From: an uncultured Kiritimatiellota bacterium
GTDB lineage: Bacteria > Verrucomicrobiota > Kiritimatiellia > RFP12 > UBA1067
Length of the DNA stretch: 64,000 nucleotides
Assembly (NCBI GenBank): GCA_934635225.1
Contig: CAKTYZ010000003.1
Span: forward strand, 3,312-67,311
Direction: 5' to 3'
Shown here: positions 32,503 through 41,680 of the stretch, piece by piece
How the letters are laid out: the number at the start of each line of letters is the position of its first letter
How positions within the stretch are numbered: the stretch's first letter is position 1
Notes under the pieces: model-generated
The model's database searches: none
What the model was told of the DNA's origin: nothing
Seen by the model: the letters and a program-made list of their open reading frames with translations, nothing else
Translations under genes and position numbers: made by a program

Positions 32503-34632
32503 TTATCTCAGGATCATCAGGAACGCTTCGCGCGGCACGCGGAGGCTGACCGTCCGCCGGTCGTCCGAGAGCGTGACCCGCGCGCGGGAGGCGTGTCGGC
32601 GCGCGGCGTCCTGGATCCTTTCCAGCGTCTTCTGCGAAATGCGGATGCGCCAGGTGTCGTTTCCGCCGGAATAGCGGAAAAGCGTCGTCTTCACGCCCGT
32701 CCGGCGCACGGCCGAGAAATCGAAGTCGAAGGCCGTGTCATCGCACAAGTGGAGCGCCTGGTTGGACGACTCGACAGGCGCGGTCGCGTAACCGCCCTCC
32801 GGGACCGCGAACGCGAACGTGCACCGGTTCGTGAAGTCGCCGCTGTTGCCGCCCGTGAGCATCAGCTTCGCTCTCGGCCCGAAGAACGAGAAGCGCGAGC
32901 CGCCATCCGTCTCCGAATCGTTCTGGTAATTGGGAAGAAGCGCGTTCGAGACGTGCAGCGTGCCGTTTGAGAGAACAAGTTCAGAATCCAGACCCGACAG
33001 CCGGACGATGGAGCAGGAGACCGATGAGTCCGTGCCGACCCACAGGCGGTTGCCGGCATTCCCCGATGAGCCGATCTCAATCCGGCTCGTCGCATTCGTG
33101 AAGGAACAGCCGTCCAGCCTGACCCAGTTGTTCGAGGCGCGCACGTCCTCGCGCCCAATCAGGATGTCTCCCGACACCTTGAGCGAGGCTCCGTCCGTCA
33201 CCTCGACATGGTTTCCTCGCGATCCCATGTGTCCGACGACAAGGGCGGCGCCCGACCCCGACCCAACCGTCACAACGGCATCGCGTCCGCGCACGACGAG
33301 GGCATTGTCAAAGCTCGGATAGAGCGCACCGCACCTAATGCGATTGTCACACTGAAGCGTGCCGCCCTCCAGGACCTCAAAGACATTTGAGGCCACGAGG
33401 CTCGTCAGGTAGAGCGGCATCTCCCTGTCGTCCGGATGACGCGCCGCCACGAACACGTTCGTCGCCGCAAGCGTCGCCCCGCCATCGACCGTGACGCGGT
33501 TCCAGAGCGACGTCACGCAGCTGTCGCCATATCCCTTGGCCTGGCCGCCCGCCGAGATCGTGTCCACGAAGGACACCGAATTGCTCGTGAAGTGAATCCG
33601 ATTGAAGAGGCCGTTCTGGCCGGCGGTCAGCGGTCGGTCAAAGCCCGAGTAGAAGTTGGAGAACGTCGTCCCCTCGCCGGCGACATACAGGAGATTCGAA
33701 TGCGAATAGCCGTCGCCCACGGCGAGAAGGATGTGGCCGCCCGCGGCATACGCGCCGTCCACGCCGCCCGCAAGGAACCGGGCGCCGCCGACCACGTCCA
33801 TGCGGTTGCCGTGGTTGGCGGATCCGTTCCCGCAACAGCCGATGTAGAACTGCTCCTGGGTGCCGTTCGGGCACATCGAAAGCGTCGCGTTCGAGACGCA
33901 CAGATACGCAGCGCCGCCATCGCGGTAGGCACTGAGGCCGCCGACGCCGAGGTAGCTCACGTTGGAGACGACCGCGCCGTCCGTGACGTACGCCTGCGAC
34001 CGAAAGCCCTGTCCGCCGACAAGAAGCTCGCTTTTGTTCGCGTCAAGCGACGACCCCTCGCCGCGGATGAAGACGCGGCAGTCGTTGCCGCGGCTGTGGA
34101 GACGACCGCGCATCGAGCCGCCGTCCGCAATCGTCAAATGACGCGTGCCGCCATCCTGGAAGTTCAGGTTGCCGACGAAGCGACCGCCGTTTTCAATGGA
34201 CATCGTGCAGCGCCGATAGGCGTTCCAGAACGTCACCTCCAGCGGATTGCCGTTCGTGTCCTCAAACGCGACCGTGCCGTTGCGGATGACGTTCGTGGCG
34301 TTGTTGTGGTCATGGTTGCTGTAGGGCTTCCGGAACGTCAGCGTGTGCCCGCCGAGGTCGAACGTTCGCCGACCGGCATTGCCCGCAAACCACCACGTGC
34401 CGGGGAAGTCGAGGTCGGCCGTCAGCGTCAGCGTGTAATCCGCCGACGGCTGCGCCTTGAAGCCCATCGCCTCGGACGCCTGCGTCGGACGCATCCCGCC
34501 CTCCCAGTTCGCGTCCGCCGACAGGTCTGTCGAGGCGACCCCCGTCCACCAGACGACCGTCGGATCACCCGCCAGCCCCGACACGGCGCCCAGCGCAACG
34601 CATCCGAAAAGAAGGAGAGCCGAAAGGTTCAT
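32503..34632 (-). CDS. Secreted beta-helix repeat protein (paralog of 10798-12858)
   Basis: Signal peptide MNLSALLLFGCVALGAVSGLAG, followed by repetitive GG/VSN/TL beta-strand repeats. The ATG at 34632 is the likely start, although the ORF track extends to a TTG at 34656 through a G11 tract. Confidence 0.55.
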   Translation of the reverse strand: MNLSALLLFGCVALGAVSGLAGDPTVVWWTGVASTDLSADANWEGGMRPTQASEAMGFKAQPSADYTLTLTADLDFPGTWWFAGNAGRRTFDLGGHTLTFRKPYSNHDHNNATNVIRNGTVAFEDTNGNPLEVTFWNAYRRCTMSIENGGRFVGNLNFQDGGTRHLTIADGGSMRGRLHSRGNDCRVFIRGEGSSLDANKSELLVGGQGFRSQAYVTDGAVVSNVSYLGVGGLSAYRDGGAAYLCVSNATLSMCPNGTQEQFYIGCCGNGSANHGNRMDVVGGARFLAGGVDGAYAAGGHILLAVGDGYSHSNLLYVAGEGTTFSNFYSGFDRPLTAGQNGLFNRIHFTSNSVSFVDTISAGGQAKGYGDSCVTSLWNRVTVDGGATLAATNVFVAARHPDDREMPLYLTSLVASNVFEVLEGGTLQCDNRIRCGALYPSFDNALVVRGRDAVVTVGSGSGAALVVGHMGSRGNHVEVTDGASLKVSGDILIGREDVRASNNWVRLDGCSFTNATSRIEIGSSGNAGNRLWVGTDSSVSCSIVRLSGLDSELVLSNGTLHVSNALLPNYQNDSETDGGSRFSFFGPRAKLMLTGGNSGDFTNRCTFAFAVPEGGYATAPVESSNQALHLCDDTAFDFDFSAVRRTGVKTTLFRYSGGNDTWRIRISQKTLERIQDAARRHASRARVTLSDDRRTVSLRVPREAFLMILR

Positions 34633-34633
34633 A

Positions 34634-34644
34634 CCCCCCCCCCC
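34634..34644. repeat. Homopolymeric C11 tract (G11 on the coding strand) ending 1 nt upstream of the beta-helix gene ATG, in the RBS position
   Basis: The minus strand reads aatataGGGGGGGGGGGtATGaacctt. Confidence 0.9.
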
Positions 34645-34751
34645 TATATTTAGCAAGAACAGCCTTGCGACAAACCGTTTTAATCATTTTTCTCATGTTC
34701 TTCTCTCCTTTTGCTTTCCTTTGTTTCTGCAAGCCGTTGTTGACGACACCG

Positions 34752-35909
34752 TCATTTGCACGTTATGGTCTTCTTGCGCTTATAGTCATAGCAAAGACAG
34801 TTCTTTTGTCGCAAGTACCGATCTGAATTGTTTCCGACCCGGACGATCTTTATCAGCTTGGAGTTCGTGTCAAACGTAACGAAGTTGAAGCTGTCCTGAC
34901 TTTTCGAGCCTCTGATTCGAACGGAGTCATTCCATTGCGAATTGAGACTGGCGTTCTCAAAGGCGATGCAATACTGGGCCGGATGCCCCTTGATGACGCC
35001 TTGATAGTCATAATGCGAATCTCCGTGCATCCAGCAGATGAAATCTCCTCCAGACGAAATAAAGGCATCCACCTCTTGAACGAACTTCATCATGCTGTGA
35101 CCGCCATTGTAAGGCTTTAAGTCAATGCTGTTGAAGGTGTTGTTCTCCGAATCCTGAATCACTTCAAACGGAAAATGCTTTGCGGCGACAACGGAGAGGC
35201 CTTTCTCCTTCGCGTCCGAAAGCGCCTGTGCAAACCAATGAAGCTGCTCGTCGCCCGTGTCTTTCGGAACGAACATGCAGTCCAGAACGATGAGCCTCAC
35301 CTTGGCCTCCGCATAGTCCTTGTAATACCAGCAAAAGCCCTTTTCCTCGGCATCAACGGGCTGGACGACGCCCCAGCTTCCTATATGGGGCTGAAAGTAC
35401 CTAACGTAAGACTCCTTCCCGGAATGATACGACCAGTCCGCCTCGCTCAGGCTGCTATTGAGGGTGTCGTGATTCCCGATGGTCTTCAGAATCTTTTCCG
35501 TGCCTTCAATGCCGTCCCAGAAGTCCATGGGGTCTGCAAACGAAGATGGAACCATATCGCCAAGGCAGAGCATGTCGTCGATGTAGCGCCCGTACTCACG
35601 CGAGAAGTCGACGTATCTCTTCAGGTTTTCCTTGCAGCCATGAATGTCCGTAAAGACAGACAGGGTGCAAAGCCGATGGGACAGGACCAGGTTGCTTGAA
35701 TAGGGCCTTGTCGACTGCAGGATGAGGTTCCCCACGGTCTGCCTGTCATTTAAGTGGAAGACGGAAGATTTCCCGTCGGCAAGATCGCCCGACAGGCCCG
35801 CCAGAGACGACGGCTTTCCGTCCGAAGCGCAGAGCGGCGCGGCGGCGAACGACGCCGTGCCGACGATAAACGACTTTCTCGTGACCTCGCTCATCTTTTC
35901 TATCGCCAT
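34752..35909 (-). CDS. Calcineurin-like metallophosphoesterase, probably secreted
   Basis: GDMV, GNHD and WMHGDSHYDY motifs. The N-terminus ...TRKSFIVGTASFAAAPLCAS resembles a Tat/Sec signal. GC is lower (~50%) than in the flanking genes. Confidence 0.7.
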   Translation of the reverse strand: MAIEKMSEVTRKSFIVGTASFAAAPLCASDGKPSSLAGLSGDLADGKSSVFHLNDRQTVGNLILQSTRPYSSNLVLSHRLCTLSVFTDIHGCKENLKRYVDFSREYGRYIDDMLCLGDMVPSSFADPMDFWDGIEGTEKILKTIGNHDTLNSSLSEADWSYHSGKESYVRYFQPHIGSWGVVQPVDAEEKGFCWYYKDYAEAKVRLIVLDCMFVPKDTGDEQLHWFAQALSDAKEKGLSVVAAKHFPFEVIQDSENNTFNSIDLKPYNGGHSMMKFVQEVDAFISSGGDFICWMHGDSHYDYQGVIKGHPAQYCIAFENASLNSQWNDSVRIRGSKSQDSFNFVTFDTNSKLIKIVRVGNNSDRYLRQKNCLCYDYKRKKTITCK

Positions 35910-35984
35910 GTTTCAGTTTCCTATATGCATTATACCATACATTCGATTTTTCCGTCAATCACGCCTCCGCACTGGGGCAGGGTC

Positions 35985-37712
35985 CTAAGAATTCTCAATC
36001 TTCAGCACGAACGGCAACGTCGCGTTCGCGAGGCGCGGCGGGAGGCGAACGACCATCTTCGTCCCGTCGCGGCGGGCAGACAAGGCCTCCGTCTCGCCGA
36101 GGGCTGTGACGCACGCGCCCGACGGGATTTCGCAGTCGAGCGCGATTTCCGCCGCCGGCTCCTTCACGATGGCGTAGATCGCCTTCCCGTCCTTCGCCCG
36201 CGTGTAATCGACGGCCGACGTCGAGAACGGCGCGACGATGCGCGTCGCGTAGATCGCCTCGCCGTTCTTCTCCAGCCAGCGTCCGATCGAGAGAAGCCGC
36301 GCCTCCTGCACCTCCGGAATCGCGCCTTGCGCGTCAAGATTGACGAGCAGGAGCAGGTTTCCGCCACGCGCGACGATGGACGTGAAATGGCAGATGAACT
36401 CCCCGTCCGTCATCACCATCGACGGATCAAGCTCCTCCATCCAGTGGTTGCCGTAGGCCTTCGAGATGCCGGAGCACGATTCCCACGGATGCCACGTCTT
36501 CGGGTCGATGTTCTCCGCCGTGTCGCCCCACTCGTCCGTGAAGAAGTCGCCGCGCACCGTCCGGCAGCCGATGAGCCGGATGCCCTTGCGCGCGAAGGCC
36601 GCCTCCTCGGACGGGTCGAGCCGCCCGTAGCGGTCGTTGCAGCAGACTTCCTTGCGTCCTTCCGCCTTGTTGTAGAAGTAGGCGGTTATGTCGTAGGATC
36701 CGTTCTCCGTCGCCCGCGTCGCCCAGTCCGCGTCGTACCAGAGGATGTCAGGGTCATACTTGTCGATGAACGCCGTCATCTGCGGCACGATGTACTCGCG
36801 GACGAAGTCCCGGACGGCGATTTTCCCGGACGACTTGCCCTCCATCTCCGGCGTGTAGTCTGCGACCTTGCCGCCCCAGACCTTCATCCGGATTGAGCCG
36901 TCGTCCTGAAGGATCGGATACTCCCATTCGTCCGCCTGCGAGTTGTAGACGCCGAACTTCAGCCCCTCGGCCCGCGCCGCGTCCGCCATCTCCCGCGCGA
37001 AGTCGCGCTTCGCTGGGCCGTCCGCCGAATTGCGGAACGTGAACGGATCGTCCCAGAGGCAGAAGCCCGAATGGTGCTTGAGGAACGGCACGACGTATTT
37101 CGCGCCGCACCGGCGGAAGACCTTCATCATCTTCGCCGCGTCGAACCGCTCGCCGCGAAAGAGGCCGATGAAATGGTCGGGCTTGAAGTCCGCGCCCCAG
37201 TTCTTGCGGTGATACGCCGCCGCGCTGTCGGCCGCCGCGTATTCGGGGCGGCACTTGTACTCGTACCAGTCCGGATAGAGCCGCGCCCCCTTCGCATACG
37301 GCGAGTAGGCGGCGACCGACCAAGGTCCCCAATCGACGAACATGCCGAGCTTCGCGTCGATGAACCATTCGGGGCAGGCGTGACGATCCATACCGGCGCC
37401 GGTCGCGGCGTATTTCCCGGCGCGATTGACGGCGTTCACCTTCTCCACCTGCGCCCGGGCGCGCGCGATCGTCTCCGCCGAATGGTCGCGGGCGATCTCC
37501 GGCAGCGTCTTCGGGAACGGCGGCGCCGGCTTCCAGCCCGGCGGACGGCGATACTTCGCAGGCGCAGTCGGCACGCCCCCCGCGACCGCCGACCGCCCCT
37601 TGAACTCGTCCGTGAACGCGGCGTTGTCCGCCGGGGCCAGCGTCGTGTCGGCCAGCGTCACCTGCGCCAGCACGCCAACGGACAAGGCGGCAAGAGGAAC
37701 GTCAATCATCAT
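35985..37712 (-). CDS. GH29 alpha-L-fucosidase (secreted)
   Basis: Signal peptide, then the GH29 motif AKLGMFVDWGPWSVAAY and ...YVVPFLKHHSGFCLWDD. The ATG overlaps the regulator's TGA as ATGA. Confidence 0.85.
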   Translation of the reverse strand: MMIDVPLAALSVGVLAQVTLADTTLAPADNAAFTDEFKGRSAVAGGVPTAPAKYRRPPGWKPAPPFPKTLPEIARDHSAETIARARAQVEKVNAVNRAGKYAATGAGMDRHACPEWFIDAKLGMFVDWGPWSVAAYSPYAKGARLYPDWYEYKCRPEYAAADSAAAYHRKNWGADFKPDHFIGLFRGERFDAAKMMKVFRRCGAKYVVPFLKHHSGFCLWDDPFTFRNSADGPAKRDFAREMADAARAEGLKFGVYNSQADEWEYPILQDDGSIRMKVWGGKVADYTPEMEGKSSGKIAVRDFVREYIVPQMTAFIDKYDPDILWYDADWATRATENGSYDITAYFYNKAEGRKEVCCNDRYGRLDPSEEAAFARKGIRLIGCRTVRGDFFTDEWGDTAENIDPKTWHPWESCSGISKAYGNHWMEELDPSMVMTDGEFICHFTSIVARGGNLLLLVNLDAQGAIPEVQEARLLSIGRWLEKNGEAIYATRIVAPFSTSAVDYTRAKDGKAIYAIVKEPAAEIALDCEIPSGACVTALGETEALSARRDGTKMVVRLPPRLANATLPFVLKIENS

Positions 37713-38869
37713 TTCTTCCCTTTCTTCTTCTGCTGTTTCGTTTTCGACTTCTTCAGCGACTGCGTCCGGGCCGCCGCGCCCTCGGGACGACGCGTCGAGG
37801 CGCGCACGACAAGGGGCGCCGGCAACAGGATCTCCGTCGGCGGCAGCGTCGGGTTCACGAGCCGCCGGAGGAGTCGGTCGAACGCGGTCTCGGCGATGAG
37901 GTCACACGGCTGGTGGATCGTCGTGAGCTGCGGCGTCATGACGCACGCCGTGCTCGTGTCGTCGAATCCCGCTAGAAGGATGTCGTCCGGCACGCGCAAC
38001 CCCAGCCCATCCAGCGTGTTCTTGAGGAGCGCCGCCGTGAGGTCCGTGCCGCAGACGATCGCGTCCGGCCTGTGCCGACGCAGGTACCGCCGAATCGCCG
38101 CCGCGTCTTCGGGCTGCGCATCGATCACGCCGCCCTCGGACGCGGCGCCCCTCATCCGCAGCGCGTTCATCACGCCGTTGACGCGCCGGTACATGTTCGC
38201 CGAGCGGTCGGCGTGCATCAGGAAGCGAATGTCCCGCGCGCCCGCCGCGAGCAGGTGTTCGGCGAGACGGCCACCGGCCGACTCGTTGTCGATGCCCACA
38301 AGGTCATAGTCGCTGCGGCGCGGCGGCTTCACGAAGTCGCAGTCGATCAGCACGACCGGCACCTGCGCGTCCGCGAAGACGGACAGGACCTCGCGATTGC
38401 ACGCCTCCGAGTCCGTCACGAACTCCAGCGGCTGATAGATGACGCCGGAAACGCCCTCGCGGACGATCGTCTCGGCGAACCGCTTCGCCTGCTCAACGCG
38501 GGCCGTCGCGCCCTTCGCGGAAACGTCGCCGAAGAGCAGCGTCCGCTCCGCCTTCTGCGCACAGCGCGAGACGCCGCTCACGAGGGCGGAGAAGAAGTCC
38601 GAGTAGGCGACGCCCGGCACGATAAGCCCGACGGGACCGGCGCCGCGCTGCGCACTCTTCGACAGGAACGTGCCCTTGCCGCGCCGCCGCACGAGGAAGC
38701 CCTTTGCGCTCAAGTCCTGCAGGGCCTGGGCGACGACCGAGCGCTTGACGCCAAAGCGCCGCGCGAGTCCACGTTCGCTCGGGAAGGGATTCGCCGCCGC
38801 GAGGTACTTTCCGCTAAGGATTTCCTTTCGCAGGGTCGTGATGATCAGGCTTGTCTCATTGGCTTTCAT
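37709..38869 (-). CDS. Transcriptional regulator with a GntR-type wHTH N-terminus fused to a LacI-like periplasmic-binding-fold sensor domain
   Basis: ...PFPSERGLARRFGVKRSVVAQALQDLSAKGFLVRRRGKGTFL is a GntR HTH. A LacI/PBP-like domain follows (GLIVPGVAYSDFF...), and the protein ends in a Lys-rich tail. It sits at the head of the glycan locus. Confidence 0.75.
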   Translation of the reverse strand: MKANETSLIITTLRKEILSGKYLAAANPFPSERGLARRFGVKRSVVAQALQDLSAKGFLVRRRGKGTFLSKSAQRGAGPVGLIVPGVAYSDFFSALVSGVSRCAQKAERTLLFGDVSAKGATARVEQAKRFAETIVREGVSGVIYQPLEFVTDSEACNREVLSVFADAQVPVVLIDCDFVKPPRRSDYDLVGIDNESAGGRLAEHLLAAGARDIRFLMHADRSANMYRRVNGVMNALRMRGAASEGGVIDAQPEDAAAIRRYLRRHRPDAIVCGTDLTAALLKNTLDGLGLRVPDDILLAGFDDTSTACVMTPQLTTIHQPCDLIAETAFDRLLRRLVNPTLPPTEILLPAPLVVRASTRRPEGAAARTQSLKKSKTKQQKKKGKK

Positions 38870-39068
38870 GGATTCCTTCTCCAGACTACAGTTCGTAGTA
38901 TAGCCGAAATCCTCTCCAGAATCCAGACTGGCCAGCCACTTTGTCAACGCGGCGAGAGGACAAGGAATTGTCTATTTGTGACGTATGCGGCGACGATCCC
39001 GCCAGAGTACGCGATGTGATAGTCCCGGTTGCCGCCGGGATTTGCGCTTGGCATTCTCGCCCCATGGC

Positions 39069-39290
39069 TCAGGGACCTACATTGCCGTCATCCGCCGCAG
39101 CTTGCTGCAGCTCCTTCCGGCAGAACCTCTTGGAAACGCCCATCGCGCAACGCCCCCGCGCCGGAACGGGCATGCAGCTGCGGTTCTCCACACGCTTCAG
39201 TCCCGACATGATCAGGACGGCGTATGCCCCGGTGCAGGTAAAGGCGCGGTCTTCCGCAATACGAACAAGGATATCGTTGTCATCGGCCAT
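39069..39290 (-). pseudogene. Truncated ASCH-domain gene copy (N-terminal 57 aa homologous to the 42711-43202 gene, then divergent)
   Basis: The stretch AFTCTGAYAVLIMSGLKRVENRSCMPVPARGRCAMGVSKRFCR is identical to the full ASCH gene. The GxKxxExR ASCH motif is present but the rest of the domain is missing. Confidence 0.6.
39118..39246. repeat. 129-bp direct repeat, copy A (128/129 identical to 43033-43161)
   Basis: Read directly from the sequence; there is a single mismatch (ctg/cta). Confidence 0.9.
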
Positions 39291-39293
39291 AAG

Positions 39294-39806
39294 CTACCTC
39301 CTAAAACCTATCAATTCACCTCCTTTGAGATAAATGGGGGCGCCCGGCTTGAAGTCGCCGCCTTTCTCGCGCTTGCGCTCCGCGATGAGCTGCGGCACGT
39401 CCAAGTCGCCAAGCGACACTTCCTCCTCCAGCACGTAGCAGTAGTAGTCGCACTGGGCGGAAGCGTAGCCCATCTTGATCATCTTGTCCTTCTCGCAGCG
39501 CATAATTGTTCGGCGCGTCTTCCCCAACTGTTGCGCGTAATGTTCGGCTCGCATGCCTGGATGTGCCTTTATGAGCGAAAGCAATCTGTTCCGATCATCA
39601 TTTACTGTGACATTTACTGTGCTAGTTACTGTGACACCACTTGATTTTGCCGTGACAGCCTTTGCCCTTGCTGTCTCATCCGATGTCATAGTATTTCTAT
39701 GGACATTCATCCTTACGGCGATGCCCGCATCTTCGACCACGACGGGGTTTATGCCATGCCATAATCGCGCAAGATGCCATTCACGCGGCGCAACCCACTG
39801 CCCCAC
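39294..39806 (-). CDS. Hypothetical protein with a C-terminal winged-HTH-like region; true start uncertain
   Basis: The C-terminus ...LLSLIKAHPGMRAEHYAQQLGKTRRTIMRCEKDKMIK is HTH-like. The N-terminal region contains VTVTSTVNVTV, encoded by TTACTGTGAC direct repeats. The gene is low GC. Confidence 0.35.
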   Translation of the reverse strand: MGQWVAPREWHLARLWHGINPVVVEDAGIAVRMNVHRNTMTSDETARAKAVTAKSSGVTVTSTVNVTVNDDRNRLLSLIKAHPGMRAEHYAQQLGKTRRTIMRCEKDKMIKMGYASAQCDYYCYVLEEEVSLGDLDVPQLIAERKREKGGDFKPGAPIYLKGGELIGFRR

Positions 39807-39839
39807 TCCTCATGTCTGTAGGTGGCACAAACGAAGTCT

Positions 39840-40460
39840 TTAGTCACTGTCCTTTGATTCATTTAGAAAACGTTTTCTATGATATGCCGCGATATCATTG
39901 ACAAGCGCATTTACTGTTCCCAATTCGGCATAATGCCATACCGACCATGAGTTCATAAATAATCCTGCCGGTGCTAACGGCAACCAACTAAGACATCTGA
40001 GTTCTTCTGCTTTTGCAGTAGAGTAGATGGGCTTCCTTTTTAATGACAAGACCGCAGACCCATCAAATGTACAGACTTCTCCTGTAGGCACAAGAAAGAA
40101 GGTATAGCCTGCCAATAAACCGACAGCCATTGAATCTTCTACCGTCATACCTGCTTGCCTAAACAAGAATGACACATGATATGAATCGTCGATAGTTCCT
40201 TTGCCATACAAAACCTCAGAGAAAAGACCTGTGGCTTTCAATCCCTCTTCAATCTTGTCCCTTAACTCTTGCATTTCAGGCGCGGCAATTATATCATTCC
40301 TGTCCAAATCCAGAATAACATCGTAGGAGATGGGAACTTTATCTTCGACCGAAATTCGCGTTTCAATGACGGGAGTATTATCCGTATACCCTGCATCCCA
40401 CATTATGCAACCCGAAAACAACACGGAGATTCCAATGCCGATGATAAGTTTACTTTTCAT
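39840..40460 (-). CDS. Lipoprotein (hypothetical)
   Basis: MKSKLIIGIGISVLFSGC lipobox; low GC. Confidence 0.5.
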   Translation of the reverse strand: MKSKLIIGIGISVLFSGCIMWDAGYTDNTPVIETRISVEDKVPISYDVILDLDRNDIIAAPEMQELRDKIEEGLKATGLFSEVLYGKGTIDDSYHVSFLFRQAGMTVEDSMAVGLLAGYTFFLVPTGEVCTFDGSAVLSLKRKPIYSTAKAEELRCLSWLPLAPAGLFMNSWSVWHYAELGTVNALVNDIAAYHRKRFLNESKDSD

Positions 40461-41256
40461 CTGTCACCTCCACTTCCTTGATGGCGCCCTCGTTCGCAAT
40501 AAACGGTGCGATATCTTTTCGCGTCATAATTGGCACTCCATTTATCGACTTTACCACTTGACCTCGCTTGACGCCGTGTTTTTCAGCCTGCGTTCCGTGC
40601 ACGACAGCAAGGACATGGACAACAGTTGGCGAATCGGCTTTCTCCGTTGGAAGTCGTTTTGGGATATGCCACACAATGCCGTATCGACCATTATAATCAA
40701 TCTTTTTGAAAAACATTGCATCATGTTGGTAAATACTCACTTCGCGCTGAACAGGGACGGCATTCAACGTTGTGGTAGTTGACGTTCCGGAATATGTCCC
40801 AGTCCCGTACACATAACCGCCTCTTCCGTATGCTGATGCATTTACAGAACCGCTATGATAAGTTTTAGCGTATGAAGGCAGAAACATCACTGATGTGTAT
40901 TGCTTGTTCTCCTTGAATCGAACATCCAAAAGGACGAGTGCGGCATTGTGTTTTTCAGCCGTATCGATTGCACAGGAAAAAGGACAATACGGACTGTTAA
41001 AGGAACTGTGACCGATAGCCACATATCCATCTTCCATCAGACGGAGTACATCTTCTTCGGTCGTGACCGTCTTAAGAATCACAGGTGCATCACCATGAAC
41101 AGACTGTAGTGCCCTGTCTCTTTCGGAATCAGTATAGAACTTCTCATAATTGTTGGCTATGCACCCAGAAAGAACAATCAAAAGGCATATCGATGCGGTT
41201 GTCCGACTGATGCATTCCCATAAAGACATATTAAAGAGCATTCTTTTAGTATTCAT
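40450..41256 (-). CDS. Lipoprotein with a C-terminal PDZ-like domain
   Basis: The lipobox LIVLSGC is followed at the C-terminus by ...VVHGTQAEKHGVKRGQVVKSINGVPIMTRKDIAPFI, which is PDZ-like. The gene overlaps the previous lipoprotein gene by 11 nt. Confidence 0.5.
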   Translation of the reverse strand: MNTKRMLFNMSLWECISRTTASICLLIVLSGCIANNYEKFYTDSERDRALQSVHGDAPVILKTVTTEEDVLRLMEDGYVAIGHSSFNSPYCPFSCAIDTAEKHNAALVLLDVRFKENKQYTSVMFLPSYAKTYHSGSVNASAYGRGGYVYGTGTYSGTSTTTTLNAVPVQREVSIYQHDAMFFKKIDYNGRYGIVWHIPKRLPTEKADSPTVVHVLAVVHGTQAEKHGVKRGQVVKSINGVPIMTRKDIAPFIANEGAIKEVEVTDEK

Positions 41257-41335
41257 TCGTGGTCTCTTTTTAGTTGCTCAAATCGCTCCACCGCCTCTTC
41301 GCTCACCTTGTACGGCGGGATGTACTTTTCGGAAC

Positions 41336-41680
41336 TCATTGCCCGACCCCTCTTGTTTCTGTCTTCCAATAATGTTTTGCTGAATGCACAACCGCGACCT
41401 CGATTCCGTCTATTATAGCAAGACGTTCTGCTAGACGCTCTGCGAAATACACGGATCGGTGCTGTCCCCCGGTGCAGCCGAAGGCGACTTGAAGATGATC
41501 GCGGCCATCTCGCTTGTATTGTTCTATCGATTGGCGAACAAGCGTCTCGGTCGCCTCAAGGAACGGCTCGACAGTCTTTGGGAAGCGGGCGAAGAAGTCA
41601 CAGACGGGATTGTCGCGCCCCGTGTAGCCGCGTAGTGTCTCGTCCCAGAATGGGTTAGGCATGGCCCGGCAATCGAACAC
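41336..41680 (-). pseudogene. rapZ: C-terminal fragment of rapZ (RNase adaptor RapZ/YhbJ). The N-terminal P-loop half is missing and only 125 nt remain before the next gene.
   Basis: ...CRAMPNPFWDETLRGYTGRDNPV...LQVAFGCTGGQHRSVYFAERLAERL matches RapZ residues ~155-284 (LPNPHW...GCTGGKHRSV). Confidence 0.6.
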
